A stretch of 64,000 bases of DNA from Candidatus Falkowbacteria bacterium (GCA_018674305.1 JABHAL010000015.1:128532-192531), one strand, 5' to 3'; positions 1-10,165 are shown, numbered from the stretch's first letter. A program made the numbers and translations. The notes: generated from the letters alone by a model not told the origin.

Positions 1-59
1 TCGTCGGGATTAATTCCATTATACTATGGATCAGCTTTTATTTATACAACCTGGAACCA

Positions 60-1889
60 TTGACTGTTATTCGAGCCCTAATCATTACCACCATTCCACT
101 TGAATACTTCACACCGAAATTTATTAGACCGAAATTTAACTTAAAACAATTTTTCAGTGATTATATAGTTAAACTAAAGCCAAAATTTTTAATTTTCGGT
201 TTTTTAATTTTCGTTCTGGTGAATTTTATGTTGCTATTCAAATTTCGAACTGACCAAGCCATAACTTCACCATGGAACATCGTAAGCAAAGATTTCTTTG
301 TGTTTTTTATTGTGCTAACAATTCTACTGGTTATTATTTTGATCAAAAATCAAAATATTTTAGTTTCAAAAATTTTGTTAATAATTTACACAGCGCTTTT
401 TTCCAGTGTAGCTCTGATTATTTATAAAATCGGTTACGGTTATGACCCATTCTTACACTTGGCCGCCATGAAACAAATAATGGCCACCAGCACCCTAATC
501 CCAAAAACGTTTTATTACATTGGAGAATACTCAGTTGTTATATTTTTACACAATATCACTCAGCTTCCATTGGAATTCATCAACAAACTATTTCTACCGC
601 TTAGCATGGCGATTCTTTTGCCGACCTCCATTTATTATGGCCTAACAACTGGACTAAAGTTAAACAAAAACTATTCTCTAACTGCCTGCTTGGGGAGTTT
701 AATTTTACCAATCACCTACTTTATCCACACAACACCTCAAGGTTTAACAAATTTATTGTGTTTAATCATTATCTTTTTAAGCTTTATTAAACATAAATCA
801 ATGCTTAAGTTTTTATTATTTCTAAGCATTATCACTCTAACTATTCATCCGCTTTTTGGCGCTCCGATTTTGGTCTTTGTAATTTATTTATTCAGCCAAA
901 ACATTATAAACGCAAAAGTTAAAAAAGCCACACAAACAGTTTTAATTTTAGGTAGTTTATTCGTATTTCCAATTCTTTTCATTCTTAACTCTTGGTTAAA
1001 CAATTTAAAAGTCAGTTTACTTAAATTTAATCTTTCTCAATTGTTCGACTTTACTTTATTTCACAGTGAACACAAGTTCAGATTCATTTACGATCTAATT
1101 TATGTTTATGGATTCAACATTAAGATCATATTTCTAATCCTTGCTGGCTGTGGATTACTTTTAATGTTATTCAAAAAAGAATTTGCAAAATACAAAGTTC
1201 ATTTTGGAGCAGGCATAGTAATTTTTGTTAATTTTTTACTGACCAAAGTCTTTCTGAATTTTGAATTCGCTACGAATCAAAACCAAGCTCAATTTATGAG
1301 CAGAATCTCTGAATTAAGTTTATATTTCTTACTACCAATTGTAATTTATTTATTCTATAATTTAATTCAATTTAATTTTGACAAACAGGGCAACTTCGCA
1401 GGAAAGCTTTTCGTACTCCTTTTGCTCACCTTAATAACGAGCACTTCACTATATTTTTCTTATCCGGTTAAAGATGATTACAAAGACTCACAAGAATATA
1501 ATGTTACCAAGGGCGACGTTGAGGCCGTGCAATTAATTGACCAAAAAACTGAGGGTGATTATATTGTTCTTGGCAACCAAATGCTAGCGGCAGCGGCAAT
1601 TAGAGAATTTGGTTTTGCTCATTATTATAACCAAGATTTTTACTACTCAATTCCTAATGGCAATGATAACAATCTTTATCAATATTATAAAAAATTAGTT
1701 TTCGAAAAAGTTGATCGTGATTTTATTGACCAAGCCATGAGCCAAGCAAACGTCGATCAAGCGTATTTTGTTTTGAACGACTATTGGTCTAACTCTGAGA
1801 AACTCATTCCTCAATCTAAATTCATGTCCGATAATTATTATACTACAGACAAGGGGTCAAACCATATATTTTATTTTCAAAAAAAATAG
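60..1889 (+). CDS. Large polytopic integral membrane protein (609 aa; >12 predicted TM helices, soluble C-terminal region), function unknown
   Basis: Long ORF; strongly hydrophobic helical segments throughout; no recognisable catalytic motif. Confidence 0.5.
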   Translation: MTVIRALIITTIPLEYFTPKFIRPKFNLKQFFSDYIVKLKPKFLIFGFLIFVLVNFMLLFKFRTDQAITSPWNIVSKDFFVFFIVLTILLVIILIKNQNILVSKILLIIYTALFSSVALIIYKIGYGYDPFLHLAAMKQIMATSTLIPKTFYYIGEYSVVIFLHNITQLPLEFINKLFLPLSMAILLPTSIYYGLTTGLKLNKNYSLTACLGSLILPITYFIHTTPQGLTNLLCLIIIFLSFIKHKSMLKFLLFLSIITLTIHPLFGAPILVFVIYLFSQNIINAKVKKATQTVLILGSLFVFPILFILNSWLNNLKVSLLKFNLSQLFDFTLFHSEHKFRFIYDLIYVYGFNIKIIFLILAGCGLLLMLFKKEFAKYKVHFGAGIVIFVNFLLTKVFLNFEFATNQNQAQFMSRISELSLYFLLPIVIYLFYNLIQFNFDKQGNFAGKLFVLLLLTLITSTSLYFSYPVKDDYKDSQEYNVTKGDVEAVQLIDQKTEGDYIVLGNQMLAAAAIREFGFAHYYNQDFYYSIPNGNDNNLYQYYKKLVFEKVDRDFIDQAMSQANVDQAYFVLNDYWSNSEKLIPQSKFMSDNYYTTDKGSNHIFYFQKK

Positions 1890-1928
1890 GGTAAATCATT
1901 GTTGATTTTCCCTATTGTCTTTTGGATT

Positions 1929-2411
1929 CTACTCACCACGTTTTTTCTGCACGTACTTTTTAATCTGTTCGTTTGTACATTCTTTTGCCTGCTGACCCAA
2001 TTCATCATAAAAGGGTCTTTCAAAAACATGTACTGACCCATCCAATGAATCCGTTGTACAATACTTTCTCTGACCGGTCCAGCGGTCAACAAGTTGATCA
2101 CCACTGATAAAAAACATGGCCAAGGAATGCAAGGCAAACATTCCCAACAAAAGAGCAAAACCTAGGTTTCTCTTTTTTTTATTCCAACGAAGGAATAACC
2201 TAAAAATTGCAAACCACAGTACAAAGCCAACAACAACTGCGATGACGTTGGCTAAATAAACATTCAGACCTAACCCTAAAACCTGGCTTAGGGCGTATGG
2301 ATATATCATCAGGAAGCCGAGAAAACTGGCATATCGGAACATCCCAACTAACAGCAAAATTCCCATCACTAGAAGGGAAATGCCCAACAGTAGCCTTTTG
2401 TTATTATTCAT
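1929..2411 (-). CDS. Paralog-family membrane protein (160 aa; shortest member: 4-TM N-module + conserved Cys-containing soluble segment)
   Basis: Shares motifs YASFLGFLMIYPY / NVYLA / LWFAIFRLFLRWNKKKR / HSLAMF / CTTD...VFE..YDE.GQ..C with five downstream paralogs. Confidence 0.6.
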   Translation of the reverse strand: MNNNKRLLLGISLLVMGILLLVGMFRYASFLGFLMIYPYALSQVLGLGLNVYLANVIAVVVGFVLWFAIFRLFLRWNKKKRNLGFALLLGMFALHSLAMFFISGDQLVDRWTGQRKYCTTDSLDGSVHVFERPFYDELGQQAKECTNEQIKKYVQKKRGE

Positions 2412-2423
2412 CTTAAACCTCCC

Positions 2424-3464
2424 TTATTCAAGATCATCTTTAAACACCCAGACAAAAAATGAATGTACAATAAGACTAATTATTACAGTCATATACCCTA
2501 GAATTGCCAATCTAGTAGCATACACCAAGCAATACCCAACTCCCCCCATAAGTCCACCTACCGTCAAAGTCACAATCAAGACCTTCAGAGTGAGCTCATT
2601 TCTTTCTTTACTGTCATATTCAGAATGATCTAAATACATAAATATAAAGCCAGATATTACTAATGTGAAAAGAAGTGTTATTATTATAGTAAAAGTTACA
2701 ATTGAGTCCATTGGATTTGATATTTCTTTTTTTAGCGAACTGGAATGTGTTTCTGTAGGTTGATGAAATTGCGTACTTGTTTTTTTCTTGGGCCCCTCAT
2801 TTCGCCAACGTGCTTGATTTTGTTCAGCTTTGGCAAATGACTGTTCTCTGATCTTTTCCATTCCAGTGTCAGTTTTTATTCCACGCTTTTTTTGCACAAA
2901 TTCCAAGGCCTGACTCTTATTACACTTTCTAGCCTTTTGGCCAAATTCATCATAGATTGGTTGATCAAACACCTGTAGTTCATTTGTGATTTTGTCATAA
3001 GTACAATATTTAATCACTTGGCCTGTTTGGGGGTCATAAATTCTTGAGCTGGTAATAAAATACATTGCCAGAGAGTGGGCAACAAAGATAAAAGCCAGCA
3101 AAATAAAACCTCGTTCCATTTTCTTTCTATTTAAACTGAAAAACAGTTTAAATATTGCGTACCACAGAATTGCTCCAACACCGACTGCAATTGCCTTGGC
3201 TAAATATTGATTCAACCCAAGCCCGAGGAGTTGCTCCAGGGCGTAAGGATAAACCATTAAAAAACCAAAAACTGATGCATAGCGCCAGGTGCCAATCAGA
3301 AGCAAAATTGCCACGACTAGTAAAAATATTCCTAGTTGCAATTTCTTTTTTCTAATTTTTTCTCTTTCTAACAATTCATGAATAGAAGTAATTGAAATAC
3401 CAGGACTCGTGTCTGGCCCTTTTGCAAAATGATTCTTTTTCTTCTGACTCATTTTATCCTCCAT
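2424..3464 (-). CDS. Paralog-family membrane protein (346 aa; N-terminal extension + conserved module + C-terminal 2-TM tail)
   Basis: Conserved FGFLMVYPY...NQYLAKAIAV...SLNRKK...HSLAMY...KYCTYD...VFDQPIYDEFGQKARKC block. Confidence 0.65.
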   Translation of the reverse strand: MEDKMSQKKKNHFAKGPDTSPGISITSIHELLEREKIRKKKLQLGIFLLVVAILLLIGTWRYASVFGFLMVYPYALEQLLGLGLNQYLAKAIAVGVGAILWYAIFKLFFSLNRKKMERGFILLAFIFVAHSLAMYFITSSRIYDPQTGQVIKYCTYDKITNELQVFDQPIYDEFGQKARKCNKSQALEFVQKKRGIKTDTGMEKIREQSFAKAEQNQARWRNEGPKKKTSTQFHQPTETHSSSLKKEISNPMDSIVTFTIIITLLFTLVISGFIFMYLDHSEYDSKERNELTLKVLIVTLTVGGLMGGVGYCLVYATRLAILGYMTVIISLIVHSFFVWVFKDDLE

Positions 3465-3516
3465 TCTTAAAGAACAACAACTGTTTTATTTTTCAATAAA
3501 ACAGTTGTCAGCCTTT

Positions 3517-3553
3517 AAAAAATTAGGGCGAAGCAAAGTGCTTGACTTCGCCC
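3517..3553 (-). terminator. Intrinsic terminator (GGGCGAAG-loop-CTTCGCCC + T6 on minus strand) after paralog 3580..4695
   Basis: 8-bp GC stem followed by U-run on minus strand. A second 12-bp hairpin lies at 3477-3510. Confidence 0.6.
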
Positions 3554-3579
3554 ATGTTAGACTTTCAAAACAAACACCG

Positions 3580-4695
3580 TTATGGGTGAAGTAAGTTATG
3601 GAATGATCTACGAATCATTGAAAAATCTATATCTAATGAACTATCTTCAACAATAAAATACAATAACACACAATACCCAAAAATCAATAACGCGCCAACC
3701 GGAATTCCAAAAATGAAAACAAGTACTGCTGGAGCATTATAATATACAATAATAGTTGCCAAATCAGCAACCAAAATTATAATAATAGAAATTGGCAACG
3801 CTGAAAACACTACCAACACAGAAAACTGCCAATAACCACTATCCGCTCCAGCCAACATAAACAAAACACCACCAACAAGACAAAAAATGAACAAAAGAAA
3901 TGCCAAGCCACCAGTAGTTTGATAATCCATAAAAGCAAATAAGTTGAAATTAAAATCTGACTCGTCGGATTCAATCTCTTCAACGTCTTCATTACTATTT
4001 TCCCATTCGAGATAATTACCTTTCGTTGACGTCCGTTTGACTATAGCTGGTGTTACTTGCCTTACATTGCCACCCCAAGGACAATGGCCAACCATATTAA
4101 AGAAGCGAACAATTCCGTCTATGTCATAGCAGTAATAAAATATTGACTTGCCAGTTGTTGGACTAATAAAGCCCTTTTTTATCTGAACAAAATCAATTTC
4201 CTGATTTTCATCAGGCTCATATTTTTTTTCAATTTCAAATCTTTCAACTTGATCATCTTCACAACGATAAGCAAGATCACCAAACTCATCGTAAAGCTGA
4301 GCCTCATAAACCTTAACCCGACCGGTCAAACGATCATCAATACAAAATTTTCGCTCTCCAGTAATCGGATGTACAATCGTATTGTAATTAACTGCGTACA
4401 TCACCAGGGAATGACTAATGAAGATTAATCCAATTATTGCAAATCCAATGTAGCGTCGCTTTTTATTCCAACTAAGAAAAAACTTAAAGATAACTACCCA
4501 TAAACCGACACCGGCTATTAGGGCAATCACTTGAGCCAGATAAATATTAAGGCCGTAGCCAGAAATCTGTGCTACCACATACGGATAAAACATTAAAAAA
4601 CCAAAAAACTCAGCGTACATTGCTATTCCAACCAGCAAAAATACTGCCAAACCAATAAAAAACACACCAATAGACAACTTTGTCCACTTTGACAT
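3580..4695 (-). CDS. Paralog-family membrane protein (371 aa)
   Basis: Conserved N-module plus second conserved soluble motif FYYCYD...GHCPWGG; variable C-terminal TM bundle; RBS GGAGG upstream. Confidence 0.7.
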   Translation of the reverse strand: MSKWTKLSIGVFFIGLAVFLLVGIAMYAEFFGFLMFYPYVVAQISGYGLNIYLAQVIALIAGVGLWVVIFKFFLSWNKKRRYIGFAIIGLIFISHSLVMYAVNYNTIVHPITGERKFCIDDRLTGRVKVYEAQLYDEFGDLAYRCEDDQVERFEIEKKYEPDENQEIDFVQIKKGFISPTTGKSIFYYCYDIDGIVRFFNMVGHCPWGGNVRQVTPAIVKRTSTKGNYLEWENSNEDVEEIESDESDFNFNLFAFMDYQTTGGLAFLLFIFCLVGGVLFMLAGADSGYWQFSVLVVFSALPISIIIILVADLATIIVYYNAPAVLVFIFGIPVGALLIFGYCVLLYFIVEDSSLDIDFSMIRRSFHNLLHP

Positions 4696-4761
4696 GACAA
4701 ACCTCCGTAATTTTAAAGATCAATCTTTATTCTAAATTATTTAGAACAAGGATTAAGCTTG

Positions 4762-4798
4762 AAAAAATTAGGGCGAAGCAAAGTGCTTGACTTCGCCC
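4762..4798 (-). terminator. Intrinsic terminator, same sequence as 3526-3553
   Basis: GGGCGAAGCAAAGTGCTTGACTTCGCCC + A-run on plus strand (U-run on minus strand). Confidence 0.6.
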
Positions 4799-4823
4799 AG
4801 GTTTTGTAGTTTACATCTTGAAT

Positions 4824-5930
4824 CTATTTATCTTTGAACATGTTTTTGATAACGTATCTTGCGTCACAAAAATCTCGTTCCAAAGAAGTATTTTTAGAAA
4901 TCCAAATAACTATCAGGTAATATCCAAGTGTCACTAAAACGAATATTGGTATACCAAAAATAGCCATAAAAAAATTGGGAACCTTCAGATGAGACATCCA
5001 AACTGCCAAATCCGCTATTAATATCCCTATAAAGGTCATTGGGAATATTGAGAACACACACAAAGAACAAAATTTCAACGAACGAATACCTATCCCAGCA
5101 AGAAAAAAAATCATCAATACAATCAAAATAACAAGAAAGCAAAATGCAAACAATAGAGTCGCTTCCTTATTTTTTTCAAAGGCAAAGAAATTAATTTTTG
5201 AAGCAGGCTTAACCTGCGGCTCACTTATTTCACGTGCTATTGGTCGGTAATTGTTGTTTTCCTTCGTTTGTTTAATAATATCTGCAGTTACATCTGAAAG
5301 TTCACCGCCCCAAGGACAATGACCACGCATATTAAAAAAATGAACTCTGGCTTCAGTGTCATTGCAATAGAAAAATATTGCTTTTCCCGTTTTCTGACTT
5401 ATAAAACCATTTGCAACCTGATAAAAATCAATTTCTTGATTATTGTCCATTGCATATCTTTTATTAATTTCAAAGCGTCTGAGTTGGCTATCATTACATC
5501 TAATAGACTGGTCACCAAATTCGTCATAACTGTGCCCTTCATAGACCTTTACGCGCCCACTCAATTTATCGTCAATGCAAAACTTTCGATCTCCAGTAAT
5601 TGGATGAACAATCGTGTTGTAATTAACTGCGTACATTACTAGTGAATGACTGACAAAAATTAAAACGATCAACCCAAAACCGATGTAGCGTCTTTTTTTA
5701 TTCCAGCTCAAAAAGAACTTAAAAATAGTTACCCATAGCCCGATGCCGATAATTAAACCGATCACTTGAGCCAAATAAATATTAAGGCCGTAACCAGAAA
5801 CTTTCACCACGATATATGGGTAAACCATTAAAAAACCAATGAAATCCGCGTACATCACAAGACCAAGGAAAAGAAATACTGCCAAACCAACAAAAAAAAT
5901 ACCCAAAGTTCGCTTTGTCCACTTTAACAT
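4824..5930 (-). CDS. Paralog-family membrane protein (368 aa); closest sister of 3580..4695
   Basis: High identity in N-module. 5' UTR/promoter block (5938-5995) nearly identical to 4703-4760. Confidence 0.7.
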   Translation of the reverse strand: MLKWTKRTLGIFFVGLAVFLFLGLVMYADFIGFLMVYPYIVVKVSGYGLNIYLAQVIGLIIGIGLWVTIFKFFLSWNKKRRYIGFGLIVLIFVSHSLVMYAVNYNTIVHPITGDRKFCIDDKLSGRVKVYEGHSYDEFGDQSIRCNDSQLRRFEINKRYAMDNNQEIDFYQVANGFISQKTGKAIFFYCNDTEARVHFFNMRGHCPWGGELSDVTADIIKQTKENNNYRPIAREISEPQVKPASKINFFAFEKNKEATLLFAFCFLVILIVLMIFFLAGIGIRSLKFCSLCVFSIFPMTFIGILIADLAVWMSHLKVPNFFMAIFGIPIFVLVTLGYYLIVIWISKNTSLERDFCDARYVIKNMFKDK

Positions 5931-5993
5931 GACAAACCTCCGAAATTTTAAAGATCAATCTTTATTCTAAATATTTTAGAACAAGGATTAAAC

Positions 5994-6031
5994 TTGAAAA
6001 TAAATAAGGGCAAGGCGCAAGCACCTTGCCC
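5994..6031 (-). terminator. Intrinsic terminator variant (GGGCAAGGCG-CAAG-CACCTTGCCC)
   Basis: GC hairpin with flanking A-run on plus strand, immediately after small ORF 6038..6292. Confidence 0.5.
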
Positions 6032-6037
6032 TTTGGA

Positions 6038-6292
6038 CTACTTCTTTTTACGTTTTTCCTTCAACTTCTTAACCCACGGATGCCCAGAACTCAAGAAAAT
6101 GCTGAACAATCCGATGGCGATACTCAGGAGAATTCCCGTAACAAACCAAGCCTCCTTTTTGTTAACTTCACGACCTTCGGGGTTTTCCTCAGCATCTTCT
6201 CCCATGATCCAGCCTTTAATAAAGGCAATTCCAAGAAGGAAGAAAAAGATGATAAGCACAACAATCGCAATCAAGATAATTTTTAACCACAT
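6038..6292 (-). CDS. Small 2-TM membrane protein (84 aa) with C-terminal GHPWVKK motif; paralog of 10244..10489
   Basis: Two copies share architecture (TM - acidic loop - TM - HPWVKK - basic tail); both are followed by the GGGCAAGG hairpin. Confidence 0.5.
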   Translation of the reverse strand: MWLKIILIAIVVLIIFFFLLGIAFIKGWIMGEDAEENPEGREVNKKEAWFVTGILLSIAIGLFSIFLSSGHPWVKKLKEKRKKK

Positions 6293-6319
6293 GGCATCCC
6301 TCCTGTTTAGTGGTCCTCT

Positions 6320-7810
6320 TTACTGAAAAGTGTATTCCATATAATGATCATTAGCATCCTTGCCACTGATTGTCACTTCAATCCAACGAAGGTTAGAATT
6401 ACCTCCCTTCAATCCCTTGTAATATGATGTCAAATCGATCATAAATCGTGCATTTTGAGTATGATGCTTCAAATTTGCTTCAAGGTACACTTCTGGTGCC
6501 AATTTCCAAGAGAAAACAATAGGAGTCCTTTGCTTATATTGAGCTGGGGACTCTCCTTTGCTTTTCAACACCCAGGCATTCATTGTTGCATCAGTGTATG
6601 TAACTGAGACACCGTGCTTTTCCTCACCTCTGAAATAAAGCCGGCAATTTGAAGACAGAAAACCGGGCCAATTCCACTCAATATTTCGAAAAACAGGGTA
6701 TGCCACAACATTTCTAGTTTTACTGGCAGCTGGATTATTTTTATTCCAGCCAGCTGTAACAATTTCGTAATGCTTTCTATCTTTTTCTAGTTGGGCTGCT
6801 TTTTTAGCCTTCTCTTTGGCTTTTTTTTCTGCTCTTTTTTTAGCAACCCTTTCTTTTCGTAATTCAGCCTTAGCATCTTCAGCTTTTCTGTTTTCTAGAT
6901 GTACCCTTCGTTTTTCCTGTCGGGCAAATTTATTTCTTTCGGCCTCTAGACTTTTTTCTGCTGAAACCCTTTTTCGTGCTTCTTCTTTTGCTTTTTTCTC
7001 TGCAACCAATCTTTCACGTCGCTCTTTTTCAATCTTTAATTTCAGGTTTTGCTTTTTTTCTTTCTCTAACCTGATTTGTTCATTTTTTTTTTGCAACTTC
7101 TCTCTTTCTTTCCTTACAATTTCACCAGTAATGACCTGAAGCTCGCCTCCCCAGGGACAATACCCAGAGGATGCGTAAAAATGAACCGTTCCTTCAGGAT
7201 CAGTACAGTAGAAAAAAAGTGCCTTTCCCGTGGCTGGACTAACAAATCCAGACTCTACTCTCTCAAGTGTGACTTCGTAATTCTTGGTAGTAGCAAACTG
7301 CTTACCCTTCTCATATTTTTCAATGAGCTCGGGGGAACAACGCTGTGCCTGCTGACCAAACTTATCATAAAGAGCCTGTTCAAAAACCTGAATTTCACCA
7401 GTCAAAGGATTGACTGTGCAAAACTTAGCCATAGCCGGTCCATCAATAGGATGAACCAAGGAGTCCCCTTGAATCAGGAACATTGCCAAGGAATGCAATG
7501 CAAAAAATGCTGCAATGGTGATCATCCCCGCAAGCCGTCGATCTTTCTTCCAGCTAAAGAAAAGCCGGAAAATTGCGTACCACAGAGGTACCGCAACAAC
7601 TATTCCAATTGCCTGGGCCAGATAAGGATTCATTCCGAATCCGGAAATCTTGCTGACCACGTACGGATAAACCATCAAAAAACCAAAAATCGAAGCATAT
7701 TTAACAAGACTGATCAAAATCAGAATTGCCAATGCCACAAAAAACAACCCGAGAAACAGTTTAGCTGTCCTCTTCATAACACACCTCCAATGGTTATTTT
7801 CAACGAACAA
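6320..7810 (-). CDS. Paralog-family membrane protein (496 aa) with K/E-rich coiled-coil insert and a distinct soluble C-terminal domain
   Basis: Conserved N-module (FGFLMVYPY, FFSWKKDRR, HSLAMF, FFYCTD...GYCPWGG), then ~120 aa EKEKK/ERRER low-complexity helix and a non-TM C-terminal domain. Confidence 0.7.
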   Translation of the reverse strand: MFVENNHWRCVMKRTAKLFLGLFFVALAILILISLVKYASIFGFLMVYPYVVSKISGFGMNPYLAQAIGIVVAVPLWYAIFRLFFSWKKDRRLAGMITIAAFFALHSLAMFLIQGDSLVHPIDGPAMAKFCTVNPLTGEIQVFEQALYDKFGQQAQRCSPELIEKYEKGKQFATTKNYEVTLERVESGFVSPATGKALFFYCTDPEGTVHFYASSGYCPWGGELQVITGEIVRKEREKLQKKNEQIRLEKEKKQNLKLKIEKERRERLVAEKKAKEEARKRVSAEKSLEAERNKFARQEKRRVHLENRKAEDAKAELRKERVAKKRAEKKAKEKAKKAAQLEKDRKHYEIVTAGWNKNNPAASKTRNVVAYPVFRNIEWNWPGFLSSNCRLYFRGEEKHGVSVTYTDATMNAWVLKSKGESPAQYKQRTPIVFSWKLAPEVYLEANLKHHTQNARFMIDLTSYYKGLKGGNSNLRWIEVTISGKDANDHYMEYTFQ

Positions 7811-7850
7811 TATTTAATCTTAAATCATTAAAATCAAATATCGTTTTTTG

Positions 7851-7891
7851 AAAAAAATTAGGGGCGAAAGCAAAGTTGTTCACTTCGCCCC
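7851..7891 (-). terminator. Intrinsic terminator (GGGGCGAA...TTCGCCCC + A7)
   Basis: Same hairpin family, located after 7908..8786. Confidence 0.55.
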
Positions 7892-7907
7892 TAGCATTAT
7901 TTTAGTT

Positions 7908-8786
7908 TCAAAGATCCCTCAAATAAATGATAACTTCTCGGGGAGAAATATTAGCGCATTTTTTTCTAAGCCACCTACTTGACTGATATCTATCTCTTGA
8001 ATATTTTGTTTGTTCAATCCATTTTGGATTTGCTTTTATCTGAATCAGATAATGCAAGGCCATATTATCACATAACCACTCTGCATCGTCACCTGATACT
8101 TCGTCCTGGCTAACAAACTCATGTAACCAAGCGTGAAAAAGTTCATGCACCAAGATGGCTCTGTGCACATCAAGTGGTAACCCAAAAAGAATGCTAATCA
8201 AGTGATTCGTAACTTCTGTTTTTCCCAGAAAAGGTTGGATATATTTAGTTAAACAATTCCCCAAGGTTGTACTACCTCGATTCCTATTTCTTTTAGTTAT
8301 AATCCCAAGGGTATTCAGATCGACGACTCTATATTCAATGGGTTTCCTTGGAAACCATGAATGCAGGTGCAATATCCGACTAACACCATTTATTATACTT
8401 TGATCAATTTGAAAAACGGCATCAATTGAACAAGTCGGGCAAATTACCCGGTAATCGGCTAAGTGCATTACATCATTAGGAGCCATTTGAGAGTGACAAG
8501 TAAAACACTGAAAACGTGGATCATGGCACCCTTTGCAAACAGCACCCTGGTCAGTGTTGAAATATCGTCCGTTTATTTTATTCCTACAAAGGCAACATTT
8601 CAAAGCAATTGAGTCATAACATTGTGAATGGTATAAAGAACCATCACATTCAACAGTATTATTCCCAATTAATGGCTGACTACAGACCGAACACTTTGGC
8701 GCACGTGAATTCACGCAAAAATCACAATACGTTACATTATTCAATGTAAAAATTTGTCTCGCGGATCTACCGCAATCGCACCTCAT
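7908..8786 (-). CDS. DA1-like protein: N-terminal LIM-type Cys/His zinc fingers + C-terminal HExxH zinc metallopeptidase (HELFHAWLHEF)
   Basis: Multiple CxxC...HxxCxxC clusters in the N-terminal half; HELFHAWL closely resembles the HEMMHAWL signature of DA1-like peptidases. Confidence 0.55.
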   Translation of the reverse strand: MRCDCGRSARQIFTLNNVTYCDFCVNSRAPKCSVCSQPLIGNNTVECDGSLYHSQCYDSIALKCCLCRNKINGRYFNTDQGAVCKGCHDPRFQCFTCHSQMAPNDVMHLADYRVICPTCSIDAVFQIDQSIINGVSRILHLHSWFPRKPIEYRVVDLNTLGIITKRNRNRGSTTLGNCLTKYIQPFLGKTEVTNHLISILFGLPLDVHRAILVHELFHAWLHEFVSQDEVSGDDAEWLCDNMALHYLIQIKANPKWIEQTKYSRDRYQSSRWLRKKCANISPREVIIYLRDL

Positions 8787-8787
8787 T

Positions 8788-8901
8788 TTAATCCTTGGTG
8801 ATAAAAAAGATGATAGCGATAATGATGATAATCAGCAGAATTCCTCCACCACCCGAATCACCACCAGCAACAACGCCAAGACTAATAAGTGAATTTAGCA
8901 T
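8788..8901 (-). CDS. Micro-ORF (37 aa): MLNSLISLGVVAGGDSGGGGILLIIIIIAIIFFITKD; Gly-rich N-half + single TM; stop lies 1 nt from the ATG of the DA1-like gene
   Basis: ATG..TAA ORF below the 60-aa ORF-track cut-off; arrangement TAAAATG suggests translational coupling. Confidence 0.3.
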   Translation of the reverse strand: MLNSLISLGVVAGGDSGGGGILLIIIIIAIIFFITKD

Positions 8902-8974
8902 TTTCGTCTCCTCTAAATTTTAGTCAATGAACAATATTTATTTTCAAATTATTAAAAACAAATATTATTGATTG

Positions 8975-9008
8975 AAAAAAGTTGGGGCAGGCAAGCTAAG
9001 CCTACCCC
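8975..9008 (-). terminator. Intrinsic terminator variant (GGGGCAGGC-loop-GCCTACCCC + A6)
   Basis: Hairpin followed by U-run on minus strand. Confidence 0.5.
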
Positions 9009-9016
9009 GTTGGTTA

Positions 9017-10165
9017 TTAAAATTCATCAAAAATCTTTATACCTAAATGAAAAACGCCAATAGTCAATAGTACGTAAATTGGGATCGAAAGAACAACCAT
9101 GACAACTATATGCAATTGTGCCCAAATGAGCAGGGACAATATATCAGCAGTCAATACACTTATTACTGCTAAAAAAGGAAGCACAATAAACGCACCAACC
9201 ATAGTTGGCCCATTCCCGTCTGACAGTCCAACACATAACGTAATAATAGAAATAATTACTGACAGAACGAAGAAAATCCCCGCAATAATATTTGTTTTTT
9301 TGTGATTTCTAAATTCCCAAAACCACGCAGTATAACTTATTTGCATTTCAGATTCAGCAGGGACAACTTCAACTTCCTGTGTTGTTCCCTCGAACGTTGG
9401 AAACTCCAGTTCAAATGGGACATAAACTGACTCTTGATGCACCAAAATTTCTTTATTGGCTATTTTTGCCACAAGAACAGAACTGACAGGCAAAAGTTGA
9501 CCTCCCCAAGGACAATATCCTTCAGAAGAAAAAAAGTGTGCTTTTTTCTCAGAGTCAAAACAATAGAAGAACAATGGTTTTCCAGTTGCCGGACTTATGA
9601 AACCATCCTGCACCCTAGAAAAAGAAACTTCCTTGCTTGTTCCATCAGTAAAAGTTTTTTCTCTCTCGTACTTTTCAATCAATTCCGGTGAGCACCTTTC
9701 CGCTTTATTACCAAACTGATCATAGATAGACTGTTCAAATGTTTGAATTTCACCTGTCAAAGGATTCACAGTACAAAATTTCGCCATTGCGGGACCATCA
9801 AATGGATGAACCAAGGAATCACCTTGCAATAAAAACATAGAGAATGAATGCAAAGCGAAAAAAGCTACAATTGTAATCATGCCAGCCATTCTGCGATCCT
9901 TTTTCCAACTAAACAAAAGTCGGAAAACTGCATACCAAATTGGAATGGCTACAACAATACCGATTCCTTGCGCCAAATATGAATTCATCCCAAAACCTGT
10001 AATCTTTGTAACTACGTAGGGATAAATAAGCAAAAAACCAAAAATAGTTGCGTATTTCAGTAAACTGACAATCATTAGGATTGCCAAGCTGATAAAAATG
10101 ACTCCAAAAATTATTCCTGCTTTTCTCTTCATGTCATCCTCCACAGCGTTGGTTTCAATGAACAA
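9017..10165 (-). CDS. Paralog-family membrane protein (382 aa); closest sister of 6320..7810 in the N-module
   Basis: MKRKAGIIFGVIFISLAILMIVSLLKYATIFGFLLIYPY... FFYCFD..GYCPWGG; C-terminal TM bundle. Confidence 0.7.
   Translation of the reverse strand: MFIETNAVEDDMKRKAGIIFGVIFISLAILMIVSLLKYATIFGFLLIYPYVVTKITGFGMNSYLAQGIGIVVAIPIWYAVFRLLFSWKKDRRMAGMITIVAFFALHSFSMFLLQGDSLVHPFDGPAMAKFCTVNPLTGEIQTFEQSIYDQFGNKAERCSPELIEKYEREKTFTDGTSKEVSFSRVQDGFISPATGKPLFFYCFDSEKKAHFFSSEGYCPWGGQLLPVSSVLVAKIANKEILVHQESVYVPFELEFPTFEGTTQEVEVVPAESEMQISYTAWFWEFRNHKKTNIIAGIFFVLSVIISIITLCVGLSDGNGPTMVGAFIVLPFLAVISVLTADILSLLIWAQLHIVVMVVLSIPIYVLLTIGVFHLGIKIFDEF

Noticed and set aside
1877-2158. ORF 1877..2158 (-) overlapping paralog 1929..2411
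   Set aside because: Alternative frame of a better-supported gene with conserved family motifs
6816-7831. Plus-strand ORFs 6816..7139 and 7076..7831 (107 and 251 aa)
   Set aside because: Antisense to paralog 6320..7810 across its K/E-rich repeat (encoding F/S/L low-complexity); frame artefacts
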